Shown in pieces: positions 26,785-41,404 of a stretch of 64,000 nt of DNA. This stretch comes from Eledone cirrhosa (Eukaryota), in the NCBI GenBank assembly GCA_964016885.1, contig OZ024743.1, positions 308,946,001-309,010,000 of the forward strand, in the 5' to 3' direction. The notes below the pieces were generated by a model. That model saw only the letters and a list, made by a program, of their open reading frames with translations. It was not told the origin of the DNA and did not search any database. The translations under genes were made by a program, and so were the position numbers. The first letter of the stretch is position 1. The number at the start of each line of letters is the position of its first letter.

Positions 26785-28024
26785 CAGGAGAACATGATAT
26801 GAAGGCTAAAAAAAACACTTGTTGATAGTGCAGTTTTAAATCAACATATGAAAAGTGGTTTTAGATTGATGTGTGATATTGGGAAAAATATTTTATTTAG
26901 AGAGGGGGGGAGAGAAAAGGATGAAAAGGGAAGGAGATGAGAGGGAGAGATGGGTGATAGAGAGAAAGAGATAGTTTTTATAACAGAGAGGAGATATATT
27001 TTATATAGAGGGGTTGAAAACCGTTGGAAGATACTGTATAAATTAAAAATTTTGAAAATTAACGAAGGGAGGATATGTGCGAGGAAAAAATATATTATAT
27101 TTAGGGAGGGGTGGGGGTGGAAAGGATGAAAAAAAGGGGAGGAGATGAGAGTGAAGGTGGAAAGGGAGAGATGGGTGATAGAGAGAAAGAGATAGTTTTT
27201 ATAACTGAGAAAAAGATATAATGTTTTAATATAGAGAGGTTGGGAACCGTTGGAAGATAATGTATAAATTAAAGGAATTTGAAAATTAACGAAGGGAAAT
27301 TATGTATGGAGATAGAGAGAAAAAAATAACGAAGGGAGATTATGTATGGAGATAGAGAAAAAAAAAAAAAAAAAATAATAATTGTGGGTGAATATTCAAA
27401 AGGAGAAATGTAGGAATTTTAAAATTAGCAAAGAGAAAAAGTTTATGTATAGGATTTGAGAAAAATAATGTGAAGTTAGAGTTTTTATATTGAATTCATA
27501 TGTATTAATAATGAGTTCGTTGATGGGGAGAAAAAAATAATAATAAATTAAGGATGAAATTGAGATTAAAAAGATTTATGATAGAGAGAAAAAATAATAA
27601 TGATTGCGGATGAATACTCAAAATGTCAAAAACAAATGTTATTGTTTTACGAGGAGATATAATGAGGGTGATGAGTAAACGGGTATTATAGAGTGTATAA
27701 TGCCCTTTAAAGTAAGGTAGATGGGTATATTTTAAAGAATATATGAGTATATATTAAAAAAATATATAATAATAAATTAAGGATGAAATTGAGATTAAAA
27801 AGATTTATGATAGAGGGAAAAAAAATAATAATGATTGCGGATGAATATTCAAAATGTCAAAAACAAATGTTATTGTTTTACGAGAAGATAGGATGAGGTA
27901 AATGAGTAAACGAGTACTATAGAGTGTATAATGCCCTTTAAAGTAAGGTAGATGGGTATATTTTAAAGAGGTGTATGTATATGTGCCTTTGAGAAAAGAT
28001 TCTAAATTGATAAAGAATTGAATA

Positions 28025-29773
28025 TTAACTGTATACTTTGTGAAAAGTTCTATGGAATTTATGCAGGCAGATGGAAAACAAATCCGAGCGTCTATTTATT
28101 ATGGATTCTAGGTTAGAGATAATGGTAAATTTTTCATTTAGGCAGAGATTACAGATTTTAGATAGAGAACTGTTCAAGTACGAGGATGCAGAAGAAATCT
28201 TTTTCCAAAAGATGTTATATTTAATGTTTTTGTCTTTTAAGGACCATATGAGTTCTGAGAGAGCAGTGTTAGTTCTTTTAAGTTTGTATTTGAAAGATGA
28301 ATGATGATTATAGAGACGAGCTTTAAAAGAGGTGGAAGTGGAGCCAAAATAGGTGAAGGAGTTGGTGCTAGTTATAATTTTACATTCATAAATTAAGTTT
28401 TTATCGAGGCAATGGTTGTTGAGAGGACATTTATTTTTAATGCGGCAGTTGCAATTAGAGAGATTATTAATGAGTGATCTAGTGTTATCTATAGAAGGAA
28501 TTGGATTGGAGAAGTTGTTTGCGATAGGAATAATAGGAATAATAGTTTCTTGATTTAGAGTTGGATTATGAACATTTAGCGAAGTTGTGTTTGACGTTGC
28601 ATTTGGGTTTACAGAAGTTAGCCTAGGGTTTACAATGACGTCAGGAGTACTATTATTGTTATTATGAGATTCAATATTGGAAGGAAGAGATTTAGTATTT
28701 AATATTTTGTTGTTGTGTTTAGAAATGATGTTGGAAATATTGGAGGATGTAGAATACGAAAATTTAATGGTGTGTTTGTTAAATATTTTACTATAGATAT
28801 GTGAGGGAGGGAAGCATTTATTTAAGGCACTAAAAAATAATTTAGGAATATTGTTATTAATAGAGATGGAGAAAGGAGCATTATACCAGATTATGTTTTT
28901 GTATCTAGGTCTTTTATTAAAATTATTGGAATGGTTATGATTAAATATTCTACTGTAAGTTTTCCTAGAATTTGTTTCTTTATTATATTTGATTTTATCT
29001 GGATAGCCGGCTTTAGAAAGTGCGTTATTATAGTAATTGGCGTTAGCATCAAAGATGTTTTTATTAGAAGATATGTTAGATATTCTATTTCCAATATTAT
29101 TAACTATAGCATTCTTGATATTGGTAGGATGGTTAGATTTAAAGTTAACATAATTAAGATTCTCATTGTTTTTATGGTAAGGGTAATATAGGCCAGTGTC
29201 AAGATTAAGAGATACATCCAAGAAATTAGCTAGTTTGGTACTATTATCAAATTCAATTTTTAGGTTATGTTGGTTAAAGAGATTACGTATATTGTTCTTA
29301 ATAATATTAAGTTTAACTATATTGCAATTTAGGATAGTAAAGAGTCCATCGTCACGATAAATTCCACCGCGAAGTTGAGGAATTTTCCGACTCAAAGAGT
29401 TCAAAATGAAGATACCAATTAAATCAGTCAATTGGGATGAATCGGATGCTCCCATTGTGATGTCGAAGTTGTTAGAGGTATCGGCTCTGGTCCAATATTC
29501 GTTGTTGAGCTCTAGGATGGTTTTACGTGCGGTGAGGATGATGTGAAGTTCATCTGTGGTGATGTCAGAATATTTAAGTGCGAAAGATAGAGCATTATTG
29601 AGAAGTGAAGGCGAAATGGAGGAATAGTAGCTGGCAATATCGAATTGAATAAATTTTAGTTTGTTTTTATTATCCAATTTGTTGAACCAGCCAATCACTT
29701 CAGAAGTACCAAACCATAAATTTAGGTTTAAAGAAGAGCAATTAGAACTAACCTGTGGGATAATCCTATCCAA
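28025..29773 (-). CDS. PLE reverse transcriptase + C-terminal GIY-YIG endonuclease (5'-truncated; frame continues to ~29870)
   Basis: LKDHKNNF..RLIAP upstream, FDIASYY, MGASDS, YRDDGL, FLDV, CNC...CPL...C, LIY...YFGST, CNLCLNEK, NRRS. Confidence 0.92.
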   Translation of the reverse strand: MDRIIPQVSSNCSSLNLNLWFGTSEVIGWFNKLDNKNKLKFIQFDIASYYSSISPSLLNNALSFALKYSDITTDELHIILTARKTILELNNEYWTRADTSNNFDITMGASDSSQLTDLIGIFILNSLSRKIPQLRGGIYRDDGLFTILNCNIVKLNIIKNNIRNLFNQHNLKIEFDNSTKLANFLDVSLNLDTGLYYPYHKNNENLNYVNFKSNHPTNIKNAIVNNIGNRISNISSNKNIFDANANYYNNALSKAGYPDKIKYNKETNSRKTYSRIFNHNHSNNFNKRPRYKNIIWYNAPFSISINNNIPKLFFSALNKCFPPSHIYSKIFNKHTIKFSYSTSSNISNIISKHNNKILNTKSLPSNIESHNNNNSTPDVIVNPRLTSVNPNATSNTTSLNVHNPTLNQETIIPIIPIANNFSNPIPSIDNTRSLINNLSNCNCRIKNKCPLNNHCLDKNLIYECKIITSTNSFTYFGSTSTSFKARLYNHHSSFKYKLKRTNTALSELIWSLKDKNIKYNIFWKKISSASSYLNSSLSKICNLCLNEKFTIISNLESIINRRSDLFSICLHKFHRTFHKVYS

Positions 29774-29854
29774 GATGGCTTTACTAACAACCCCCAGATC
29801 AGATTTAGAGGGGGCGATTAATCTAACAGGTAGTTCAGTGCGAAAATTGTTTTT

Positions 29855-31222
29855 GTGATCCTTGAGATTTATCCTCGCGGTGGAATTTATCGTGACGATG
29901 GACTCTTTACTATCCTAAATTGCAATATAGTTAAACTTAATATTATTAAGAACAATATACGTAATCTCTTTAACCAACATAACCTAAAAATTGAATTTGA
30001 TAATAGTACCAAACTAGCTAATTTCTTGGATGTATCTCTTAATCTTGACACTGGCCTATATTACCCTTACCATAAAAACAATGAGAATCTTAATTATGTT
30101 AACTTTAAATCTAACCATCCTACCAATATCAAGAATGCTATAGTTAATAATATTGGAAATAGAATATCTAACATATCTTCTAATAAAAACATCTTTGATG
30201 CTAACGCCAATTACTATAATAACGCACTTTCTAAAGCCGGCTATCCAGATAAAATCAAATATAATAAAGAAACAAATTCTAGGAAAACTTACAGTAGAAT
30301 ATTTAATCATAACCATTCCAATAATTTTAATAAAAGACCTAGATACAAAAACATAATCTGGTATAATGCTCCTTTCTCCATCTCTATTAATAACAATATT
30401 CCTAAATTATTTTTTAGTGCCTTAAATAAATGCTTCCCTCCCTCACATATCTATAGTAAAATATTTAACAAACACACCATTAAATTTTCGTATTCTACAT
30501 CCTCCAATATTTCCAACATCATTTCTAAACACAACAACAAAATATTAAATACTAAATCTCTTCCTTCCAATATTGAATCTCATAATAACAATAATAGTAC
30601 TCCTGACGTCATTGTAAACCCTAGGCTAACTTCTGTAAACCCAAATGCAACGTCAAACACAACTTCGCTAAATGTTCATAATCCAACTCTAAATCAAGAA
30701 ACTATTATTCCTATTATTCCTATCGCAAACAACTTCTCCAATCCAATTCCTTCTATAGATAACACTAGATCACTCATTAATAATCTCTCTAATTGCAACT
30801 GCCGCATTAAAAATAAATGTCCTCTCAACAACCATTGCCTCGATAAAAACTTAATTTATGAATGTAAAATTATAACTAGCACCAACTCCTTCACCTATTT
30901 TGGCTCCACTTCCACCTCTTTTAAAGCTCGTCTCTATAATCATCATTCATCTTTCAAATACAAACTTAAAAGAACTAACACTGCTCTCTCAGAACTCATA
31001 TGGTCCTTAAAAGACAAAAACATTAAATATAACATCTTTTGGAAAAAGATTTCTTCTGCATCCTCGTACTTGAACAGTTCTCTATCTAAAATCTGTAATC
31101 TCTGCCTAAATGAAAAATTTACCATTATCTCTAACCTAGAATCCATAATAAATAGACGCTCGGATTTGTTTTCCATCTGCCTGCATAAATTCCATAGAAC
31201 TTTTCACAAAGTATACAGTTAA
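29855..31222 (+). pseudogene. Inverted partial copy of the same PLE ORF with a chimeric start
   Basis: Identical protein from RGGIYRDD onward; the first six codons come from the opposite strand of the left arm; lacks RT motifs A and B. Confidence 0.88.
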
Positions 31223-32446
31223 TATTCAATTCTTTATCAATTTAGAATCTTTTCTCAAAGGCACATATACATACACCTCTTTAAAATATACCCATCTACC
31301 TTACTTTAAAGGGCATTATACACTCTATAGTACTCGTTTACTCATTTACCTCATCCTATCTTCTCGTAAAACAATAACATTTGTTTTTGACATTTTGAAT
31401 ATTCATCCGCAATCATTATTATTTTTTTTCCCTCTATCATAAATCTTTTTAATCTCAATTTCATCCTTAATTTATTATTATATATTTTTTTAATATATAC
31501 TCATATATTCTTTAAAATATACCCATCTACCTTACTTTAAAGGGCATTATACACTCTATAATACCCGTTTACTCATCACCCTCATTATATCTCCTCGTAA
31601 AACAATAACATTTGTTTTTGACATTTTGAGTATTCATCCGCAATCATTATTATTTTTTCTCTCTATCATAAATCTTTTTAATCTCAATTTCATCCTTAAT
31701 TTATTATTATTTTTTTCTCCCCATCAACGAACTCATTATTAATACATATGAATTCAATATAAAAACTCTAACTTCACATTATTTTTCTCAAATCCTATAC
31801 ATAAACTTTTTCTCTTTGCTAATTTTAAAATTCCTACATTTCTCCTTTTGAATTTTTTTTTTTTTTCTCTCTATCTCCATACATAATCTCCCTTCGTTAT
31901 TTTTTTCTCTCTATCTCCATACATAATTTCCCTTCGTTAATTTTCAAATTCCTTTAATTTATACATTATCTTCCAACGGTTCCCAACCTCTCTATATTAA
32001 AACATTATATCTTTTTCTCAGTTATAAAAACTATCTCTTTCTCTCTATCACCCATCTCTCCCTTTCCACCTTCACTCTCATCTCCTCCCCTTTTTTTCAT
32101 CCTTTCCACCCCCACCCCTCCCTAAATATAATATATTTTTTCCTCGCACATATCCTCCCTTCGTTAATTTTCAAAATTTTTAATTTATACAGTATCTTCC
32201 AACGGTTTTCAACCCCTCTATATAAAATATATCTCCTCTCTGTTATAAAAACTATCTCTTTCTCTCTATCACCCATCTCTCCCTCTCATCTCCTTCCCTT
32301 TTCATCCTTTTCTCTCCCCCCCTCTCTAAATAAAATATTTTTCCCAATATCACACATCAATCTAAAACCACTTTTCATATGTTGATTTAAAACTGCACTA
32401 TCAACAAGTGTTTTTTTTTTTTTAGCCTTCATATCATGTTCTCCTG

Positions 32447-32513
32447 TTTTATCTGATGAAAACACAAATATTATTGTTTGATGATGTTTGTTTTTGAAAT
32501 GCGCATAATAAAA
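32447..32513 (+). ncRNA. Type I hammerhead ribozyme (right arm)
   Basis: TTTTAT-CTGATGA-[AAACACAAATATTATT GTTT GATGATGTTTGTTTTT]-GAAA-TGCGCA-TA-ATAAAA; palindromic minimal stem III. Confidence 0.82.
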
Positions 32514-32639
32514 TATATTGAACTCCTTTAACCATCTTTTGATCTTATATTATGCATACTCCAGTCCCACAAACTGTAGAGTGCTTCTTATCCGATATCT
32601 GCATTGCTTTATTGTACTACAATAAAACTCACCTCCTAC

Positions 32640-32713
<74 letters not shown>

Positions 32714-32718
<5 letters not shown>

Positions 32719-32940
32719 CATATTTATTTCATTATACATATTTCAAGGACACCAAGTTAAATTATGGTGTGCTTTTATCAGATAAAATATAATATAGAGC
32801 AGTTTTATAAATAAATATTGACATACCCTTAAAGAATGTAACCATTACTGTTGGAAGCTCCCAGATAGTGGGGTTATAAATTTATTTATACTATTCTGTA
32901 AATTAGTATTGGATATTTTTAAATAAGCCGTTGGGTTACG

Positions 32941-33032
<92 letters not shown>

Positions 33033-34500
33033 AAGAGAGAAAAAAGAGAGATATAAAAAAGAGAAAAAAGAGCAAACCTTTAAGAAGAAAATAAGAAAAG
33101 AAAGAGAGAGAGAAAAGAGAAAGATAAAGAGAAAGAGAAGAGAAAGCGAAAACTCTAAGTGATAGGTTGTTGAGTTATCTTAACATTTGAGATGAAGTGA
33201 AAGAATAAATATTTATTTTTTTAATGGATGAATAGAGAAATGTAAATAAGCGTGAATGGAAAATACATACATAAATGGAGAATTTTAACCATTGCTTAAA
33301 TATGATTAAATATTTAGTTTATCATTTAAATTATTGAGATCTATACATTAAAAATTGAGATCTATATATTATTAAGAAATCTATATATTATTATTAAGAC
33401 TATATATATTATTAAAAAATAGGAGGGAGGAGGATTGGCAGTATCGGTAGAGGGTCGGACGCCATGCTTTCCAGCATAGTTACGTCCCTTTACGATCTGA
33501 GTTCAAATCCCGCCGAGGTTGACGTTGCCTTTCATCCTTACGGGGTCGATAAAATAAAGTACCAGTAATGCACTGGGTAATTGCTGGCCTTGTGCCTAAC
33601 GTAGAAAGAATTATTAAAAAATATATATATTGTTAAAAGAATATATTCATATATATGCACATGCACACACAGATATATATATACATATAAATATATATAC
33701 ATACAAATACATATACACATACATCTACGTACATATACATATACATACAAAGTATAAAGGATTTTTTAATTTAAGATATAGGAATTTTCATTAACTTATA
33801 GATTTTTCATAGAAAATCTTAGAAAAGACAGAGAAAATCATTTCTATGTAATATCAAAGCAGCGTGAAGGAAATTACGTTGTTTAGTTATATAAATGTTA
33901 CAAATGTTAAAATATTAAAGGACATTTTCTAAGATTTTCTAAGATTTTCTATGAAAAATCTATAAGTTTATGAAAATTCCTATATCTTAAATTAAAAAAT
34001 CCTTTATACTTTGTATGTATATGTATATGTACGTAGATGTATGTGTATATGTATTTGTATGTATATATATTTATATGTATATATATCTGTGTGTGCATGT
34101 GCATATATATGAATGTATTCTTTTAATAATATATATATTTTTTAATAATATATAGTCTTAATAATAATATACAGATTTCTTAATAATATATAGATCTCAA
34201 TTTTTAATGTATAGATCTCAATAATTTAAATGATAAACTAAACATTTAATGATATTTAAACAATGGTTAAAATTCTCCTATTATGTATGTATTTTCCATT
34301 CACGCTTATTTACATTTCTCTATTCATCGATTAAAAAAATAAATATTTATTCTTTCACTTCATCTCAAATGTTAAGATAACTCAACAACCTATCACTTAG
34401 AGTTTTCGCTTTCTCTTCTCTTTCTCTTTTCTCTCTCTCTTTTTTCTTATTTTCTTCTTAAAGGTTAGCTCTTTTTTCTCTTTTTTATATCTCTCTCTTT

Positions 34501-34540
<40 letters not shown>

Positions 34541-34712
34541 CGTAACCCAACGGCTTATTTTAAAATATCCAATGCTAATTTACATAATAGTATAAATAAA
34601 TTTATAACCCCACTATCCGGGAGCTTCCAACAGTAATGGCTGCATTCTTTAAGGGTATGTCAATATTTATTTATAAAACTGCTCTATATTATATTTTGTC
34701 TGATGAAAGCAC
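32714..34712. mobile_element. 2-kb non-coding fold-back PLE 3' UTR element
   Basis: Arms ~32769-33825 and ~33935-34712. HHR at 32727-32787 (-, CTGATAA); CTGATGA retained in the right arm at ~34700. Confidence 0.85.
33422..33610 (+). mobile_element. tRNA-derived SINE inserted in one arm of the inverted repeat
   Basis: TSD TTATTAAAAAATA at 33409-33421 and 33611-33623; absent from the opposite arm at ~34140. Confidence 0.9.
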
Positions 34713-35855
<1,143 letters not shown>

Positions 35856-35858
<3 letters not shown>

Positions 35859-36309
35859 AAGTTTTATTTAAATTGTTGGGTTACAACGAGTAAATATTTA
35901 TAACTGATATAAAAGCACTCAACAAGTATTTGGAGTATATTTACGATATTAAATAAATGGAAACTATATTTATAAAACCATATCTATTTCATCATATATA
36001 TTTCAGGGATATCATATTAAAAATATGGTATGCCTTCTTCAGACAAAATACAATATAAACAGTCCTATAAATAGATAGATTTGACATACCTTACAACTTC
36101 AACTTCCATTTAAAAGTTGATTACCAAATCAACTTTTTAAATGGAAGTTGAAGTTGTAAGGTATGTCAAATCTATCTATTTATAAGACTGTTTATATTGT
36201 ATTTTGTCTGAAGAAGGCATACCATATTTTTAATATGATATCCCTGAAATATATATGATGAAATAGATATGGTTTTATAAATATAGTTTCCATTTATTTA
36301 ATATCGTAT
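35856..36309. mobile_element. Fold-back PLE remnant in (TA)n, related to the 32714 family
   Basis: Arms ~35942-36122 and ~36127-36308 with a 4-nt loop; left tip of ~85 nt; HHR in each arm (35987-36048 -, 36202-36263 +). Confidence 0.87.
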
Positions 36310-36343
36310 ATATATATATATTGGATATATATATATATATATT

Positions 36344-36516
<173 letters not shown>

Positions 36517-36567
36517 ATATATATATATATATATATTGGAGATATATATATATATATATATATATAT

Positions 36568-36775
36568 AGGAACGAGTAGGACCCCGACGGCTGAGCTCAA
36601 GCCATTTCGACGGCTAATTCTGGACTAAGAGAGTGTTTAGTCCAGAATTAGCCGTCGAAACGGCTTGAGCTCAGCCGTCGGGGTCCTACTCGTTCCTATT
36701 ACCCACTCTACTACCCTAAGTATTGAGTACTTTGGTGCGTTATGGTCCATCTGGTTCCTTACCACATTTCCTTCG

Positions 36776-36778
<3 letters not shown>
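36568..36778. mobile_element. Fold-back PLE remnant turning inside HHR stem II
   Basis: Arms ~36566-36626 and ~36636-36698; each holds GAAA-(C/T)GGC..GCCG-TC-GGGG but no CTGA core; right tip of ~80 nt. Confidence 0.82.
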
Positions 36779-36856
<78 letters not shown>

Positions 36857-36863
36857 TATGTAT

Positions 36864-37100
36864 ATAACTTTGATAACTTTGATAACTTTGATAGGTTTCG
36901 GCCAATGGCCCACTCGAGCAGAGAGTTATTGTTTACGGAGGCTTATCCGGGTGTAGGAGGCTTATCCGGGATTTCTTGAAGGAATTTATCCAAAGACTTC
37001 TTGAACTTGATGGGGTCTGTCTCTGCTTTGATGTGTTTTGGTGTAATGTTAAAGAATGCAGGGCCAGTTGAGGGGAAATAATTGTGCCGTATTGTTGTTA
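36864..37100 (-). mobile_element. CR1/L2-group LINE 3' end with (TATCAAAGT)n tail
   Basis: RHNYFPSTGPAFFN.TP...FKKSLDKFLQEIPDKP, plus a 9-bp tail repeated three times. Confidence 0.7.
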
Positions 37101-37118
37101 TGAGATGCGAGTGAGATT

Positions 37119-37169
<51 letters not shown>

Positions 37170-37172
<3 letters not shown>

Positions 37173-37420
37173 TCATCATCGTTTAAGGTCCACCTTCCAC
37201 GGTTAGCATGGGTTTGGACGGGAATTTTCCCACTTGAGGCAAGATTGGTTGTCTTGCTCGTATAGGACTGTCTGGCGGGTTTTCTACGGCTGGATGCCCT
37301 TCCTAACACCAACCACGGTTACAGTGTAGACTGGGAGGTTTTTACCGTGTTACCTACATAGCCAGATTACAGCGTGGACTGTGTGTTTTTTTTTGTCGTG
37401 ACACCTACACGACCTCATTT
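37170..37420 (-). mobile_element. RTE-tailed SINE or RTE 3' region ending in (GAT)n
   Basis: Reverse strand has GGTTGGTGTTAGGAAGGGCATCCAGCCGTAGAAA...ACCCATGC...TAAACGATGATGATG. Confidence 0.6.
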
Positions 37421-37469
37421 ATTCAGGACTGGATGTTGTGGTACCAACAATAATTTACATTGAAAGGGG

Positions 37470-39750
37470 TGGTGTTTGGAATTTCTTCTCTAGTTCAGCC
37501 ATTGATTCAGCTATGAGCGTTAGATCATCTGCGTATAGGAGTTCCCATGGGCAGCCGGTCTTGAACTCCTCTGGTATAGCCTGAAGGGCAATAATAAATA
37601 GGAGGGGCTAAGGACGGAGCCCTGATGAACACCAACTTTTACGCTAAATTCTTCACTATATTCGTTGTTAATTCTAACCTTGCTGACTGTTTCTTTATAC
37701 ATGGCTTGTATAGCTCTCACAAGCCACTCATCAACACCTAGTTTTCTGAGAGCCCACCAGATAATGGAGCAGGGGAATCTGTCAAAGGCTTTCCTCAAGT
37801 CAACAAAAGCTAAGTATAGGGGTTTACTTTTAGCTAGGTACTTCTCCTGTAGTTGTCGTACAATGAAAAGAGCCTCTGTGGTACTTGACACAAACCCGAA
37901 CTGCATTTCATCTAGATCAATTCGCTCTCTGATTAGTTGCGCTATTACTTTTTCTGTGACCTTCATGACCTGATCAATTAATTTAATGCCTCTATAGTTT
38001 CCCCTATCTAGGGCATCTCCTTTACCCTTGTAGTAGTTAATGATGATGCTGCTACGCCTGTCCTTCGGTACGACCCCATTCTGTATGACTTGGTTTACTA
38101 TCCGGGTGACCATGGTGTGTCCCACCGTTGCAGATGCTTTCAGCATTTCTGCAAATATCTCCGAAGGCACAGCCGCCTTGCCTGTCTTCATATCTTTGAT
38201 CGCCTTACTTATTATACTACCTTCAACTTGCACTGCTCTATTGGATCGATGTGGGGGAGACTGTCTTTCTCCCATTTATTCTCCTCATTTAGTAGCCTTT
38301 CGTAATGACACTTCCAAGCTACCTTCTTATCAGCGTCAGTGATGGCAAGTACACCATCATCATTAAGGACACACTTCTCCCCGATAATATCACGGTTTTC
38401 CTTGACACATTGCCTAGCAATCCTGAACACCTCACGTTTTTGGTCCTCGCGTTGTAGAACATGCTTGAACTTTCTTTCCTCTGCTTCCCTTCTTGCGAAG
38501 TACACTTGTCTCCTAGCTTCCCTCCTGGCCACTTGATAGTCTTCTTTACTTCCCCCACCCCGCCATATTTTCCAAGCCTGCTTTTTGGCCTTGATTGACT
38601 CCTTCACCTTACTGTTCTACCACCAAGTTACTCTCCTCCTGCCTACAGGTCTGCTCCAGCCACAGATTTCATCTGTCGCCTTCAGCAGGTTAGCTTTCAG
38701 GAATTCCCATTGTTCCTCTATATTGTACGACTCTAATTGCTCTTCCTTACTGTCAAAAGCATCAAGTAATATGCTTTTAAATTTATGACTGGTTGTGGGG
38801 TCCTTTAGCTTCCATATTTTTTCTCTTGGTGATAGTCCTCCTCTGTTGTCGAGTACGTCTCGTCCTGACTATGAGGTCACTAACTATGAGTCTATGTTGG
38901 GAGGTGCATTCTTCATGGGGGGGGGGGATTTAGTGTTTACAACAGACACTCTGTCACGTCTTCTGGTAAGGATATAATCTATCTGACTGGCGTGTTCCCC
39001 TGATCTATATGTGATCAAGCGATTGTCTCGTTTTTTGAAGTTAGTGTTACAAATAGTTAGGTTATTTGCGTCACAGAATTCCAGAATTCTGGAGCCTTCC
39101 TCATTTCTAGTACCAAACCGGTAGCCTCCATGGATTCCGTCATAGCCGTCACACTGTTGTCCAACGTGACCATTCAGGTCGCCAGCGATAATTATGTAAT
39201 CACTGTCAGTTATTTGGGAGGTAGTGAGCATTAACGACTCATAGAATCTGTCTTTTATAACGCCAGGCAGTCCGGATTGGGGTGCATACGCAGATATTAT
39301 TTTTACAGTAGTTCTATTTAGGACAAGTCTTATTTTAATTATTCTGTCGTTCACTCTATTTACGTCTATTATCTTATCTGCCCATTTTTCTGCTAGCATG
39401 ATTCTTTCTCCACCCAGCCCATTGTCATTTCCCACCCAGAAAAGCTTATAGCATCGTTTTTTACCCACAATGAATCTAGCAGACCCACCCCTCCACCTGG
39501 TCTCTTGAATACAGTAAACATCGACCTCCTTACGTTGAAGCATTTCTACAACCTCGTTAGAGCGACCTTTTAAGGTGCCTACATACATGGTACCAACTCT
39601 GACGTTTTGGATTGCGTTTGGTGGGTGGGAACGCTGGGCGCAGGGAGAGGTGAGGGATATGGAGTTAGGTTAGCCATCCGCGGCCGAAATAAAGAGGAGG
39701 AGTCCATGCATTCTCGTCCGGCAGCATGAGGTGAATTTGTCTTTATCTTT
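37470..39750 (-). pseudogene. RTE-clade LINE (APE endonuclease + RT), frameshifted and truncated after YADD
   Basis: 38884..39588 has IQETRW, SAYAPQ, GDLNGHVG and QIDYIL; 37520..38275 has NYRGIKL, QFGF, AFVDL.KAFD and GVHQGSVLSP; YADD at ~37525. Confidence 0.9.
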
Positions 39751-39926
39751 GGCATTGTCACTGAGTGTTCAGATTTTTTTTTTTTCAAACTCTCCAGAAT
39801 TCTGTAGTCCATCCATAATATCGAAAAGCAACCAGATCTAAACTTAAGAAGTGATAGCATAGGCCGCTGACTTGTGATTGGTCCAAGTAATAATGGTGGT
39901 GAGTGGGGGCGGGTGGGAGGGATATA

Positions 39927-40592
39927 GGGTAGCGAGAAGGTTTAAATATAATCCTCGATTTTGGGGCATAATTGAACAAGCATATAACAGTAATAAGAGA
40001 AGAATTATGGGATTTTAAAATACAAGAAGATTATTTTGAACAATCAGACAGAGTTATCGAATAGCATTGAAAAAGCAAAGATTGGATTCTGGACGAAATG
40101 ATACAGATAGATGAATGGACCGGGAAAGACGGAGAGAAGAGAAAAGAAAATAGCATTTGTACATTACATTTCGCAGTGGAGCGAGTGAGCCGTCTAGCCA
40201 AGAATAAGGGATTGACAAATTCTGAGTTTCGTACCTCGCAACAGGTTTATTTTATATTTAGAGAGAGAGGAAGGGATTGAGAGAGAACCAGCAGGCGCGT
40301 ATACGATATGTAGGGGGGGGGGGTGAAGAATAGGAGGGAGCAGGAAGGTTATTTTATAAAATCCTAGAATTTCGGCCATAATTAAACGAATGAGAAGAGG
40401 TTATTTTAGAAATCGAGCGAGAAGGTTATAAAATAATCTATGGGGTAGCGAGAAGGTTTAAATAAAATCGTCGAATTTTAGGCATAATTGAACAAGCATA
40501 TAACAGTAATAAGAGAAGAATTATGGGATTTTAAAATACAAGAAGATTATTTGAACAGTCAGACAGAATTATCGAATAGCATTGAAAAAGCT
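39927..40592. repeat. ~150-bp direct repeats (39927-40077, 40443-40590) plus a partial third copy, abutting (TA)n
   Basis: GGGTAGCGAGAAGGTTTAAATA...GAATAGCATTGAAAAAGC occurs twice. Confidence 0.8.
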
Positions 40593-40595
40593 ATT

Positions 40596-40671
<76 letters not shown>

Positions 40672-40676
<5 letters not shown>

Positions 40677-41360
40677 CAATTAAGTTAAAAATGTACATCT
40701 ACATATGCATACTGAAATACTAGTGTGTATATGAATACACACACGTATACATATGTAGGTGTACCAAGTCTTTCACTGGTCGCTTTACAGTGAGCGGCCC
40801 AGCTATTCTGTATGTAAACACACAGACAAACCGGTTTTTAGAGTCATACTGGTTTTTGGGGGAACACCTTCCCCCTATTCTTCAGAAAGCCAGACAAGGA
40901 ATATTGAACTAGTTTCGTTGTTGTTACAACTCATCAGCAATATTTACCTATCTACCGGCCTTTCTGGAGAATTGTAAAAGCACATATCGTTATATGCTTT
41001 TTCTATGAAAATTAGTAGTGGGCAGACTAATTTGCATAGAGTGTGAGTACGCACCGGTTCAGCGGAGACGATAAAAACAAATAACGGAATAGGGGGAAGG
41101 TGTTCCCCCAAAAACCAGTATGACTCTAAAAACCGGTTTGTCTGTGTGTTTACATACAGAATAGCTGGGCCGCTCACTGTAAAGCGACCAGTGAAAGACT
41201 TGGTACACCTACATATGTATACGTGTGTGTATTCATATACACACTAGTATTTCAGTATGCATATGTAGATGTACATTTTTAACTTAATTGTTTAAGCGTC
41301 AGTCATACAAAAGTGAGTTACAAACGAAACGAAATTTAATTTCGTTTCGTTATTTGTTTT

Positions 41361-41361
<1 letters not shown>
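40672..41361. mobile_element. Fold-back PLE remnant in (TA)n
   Basis: Near-perfect arms ~40674-40880 and ~41087-41292; right tip of ~68 nt with an internal hairpin. Confidence 0.88.
40900..40944 (-). ncRNA. Minimal type I hammerhead ribozyme
   Basis: AATATTG-CTGATGA-GTTGT AACA ACAAC-GAAA-CTAG-TT-CAATATT, with perfect stems I and II. Confidence 0.85.

Positions 41362-41404
<43 letters not shown>

Larger units (their letters stand above)
26683..32643. mobile_element. Naiad-type Penelope-like retroelement, head-to-head inverted duplication in (TA)n
   Basis: 26683-29371 is the reverse complement of 29875-32552; unique loop 29372-29874; right tip 32553-32643; (TA)n on both sides. Confidence 0.93.

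Noticed and set aside
28025-29870. Selenoprotein-type Naiad (in-frame UGA recoding reported for some Naiads)
   Set aside because: The visible ORF has no internal stop and ends in TAA; the missing 5' part cannot be assessed.
40672-41361. Fold-back units as TA-targeting MITEs with long TIRs
   Set aside because: The arms are asymmetric, contain HHRs, and share architecture with the RT-encoding element at 26.7-32.6 kb; no transposase-type termini.
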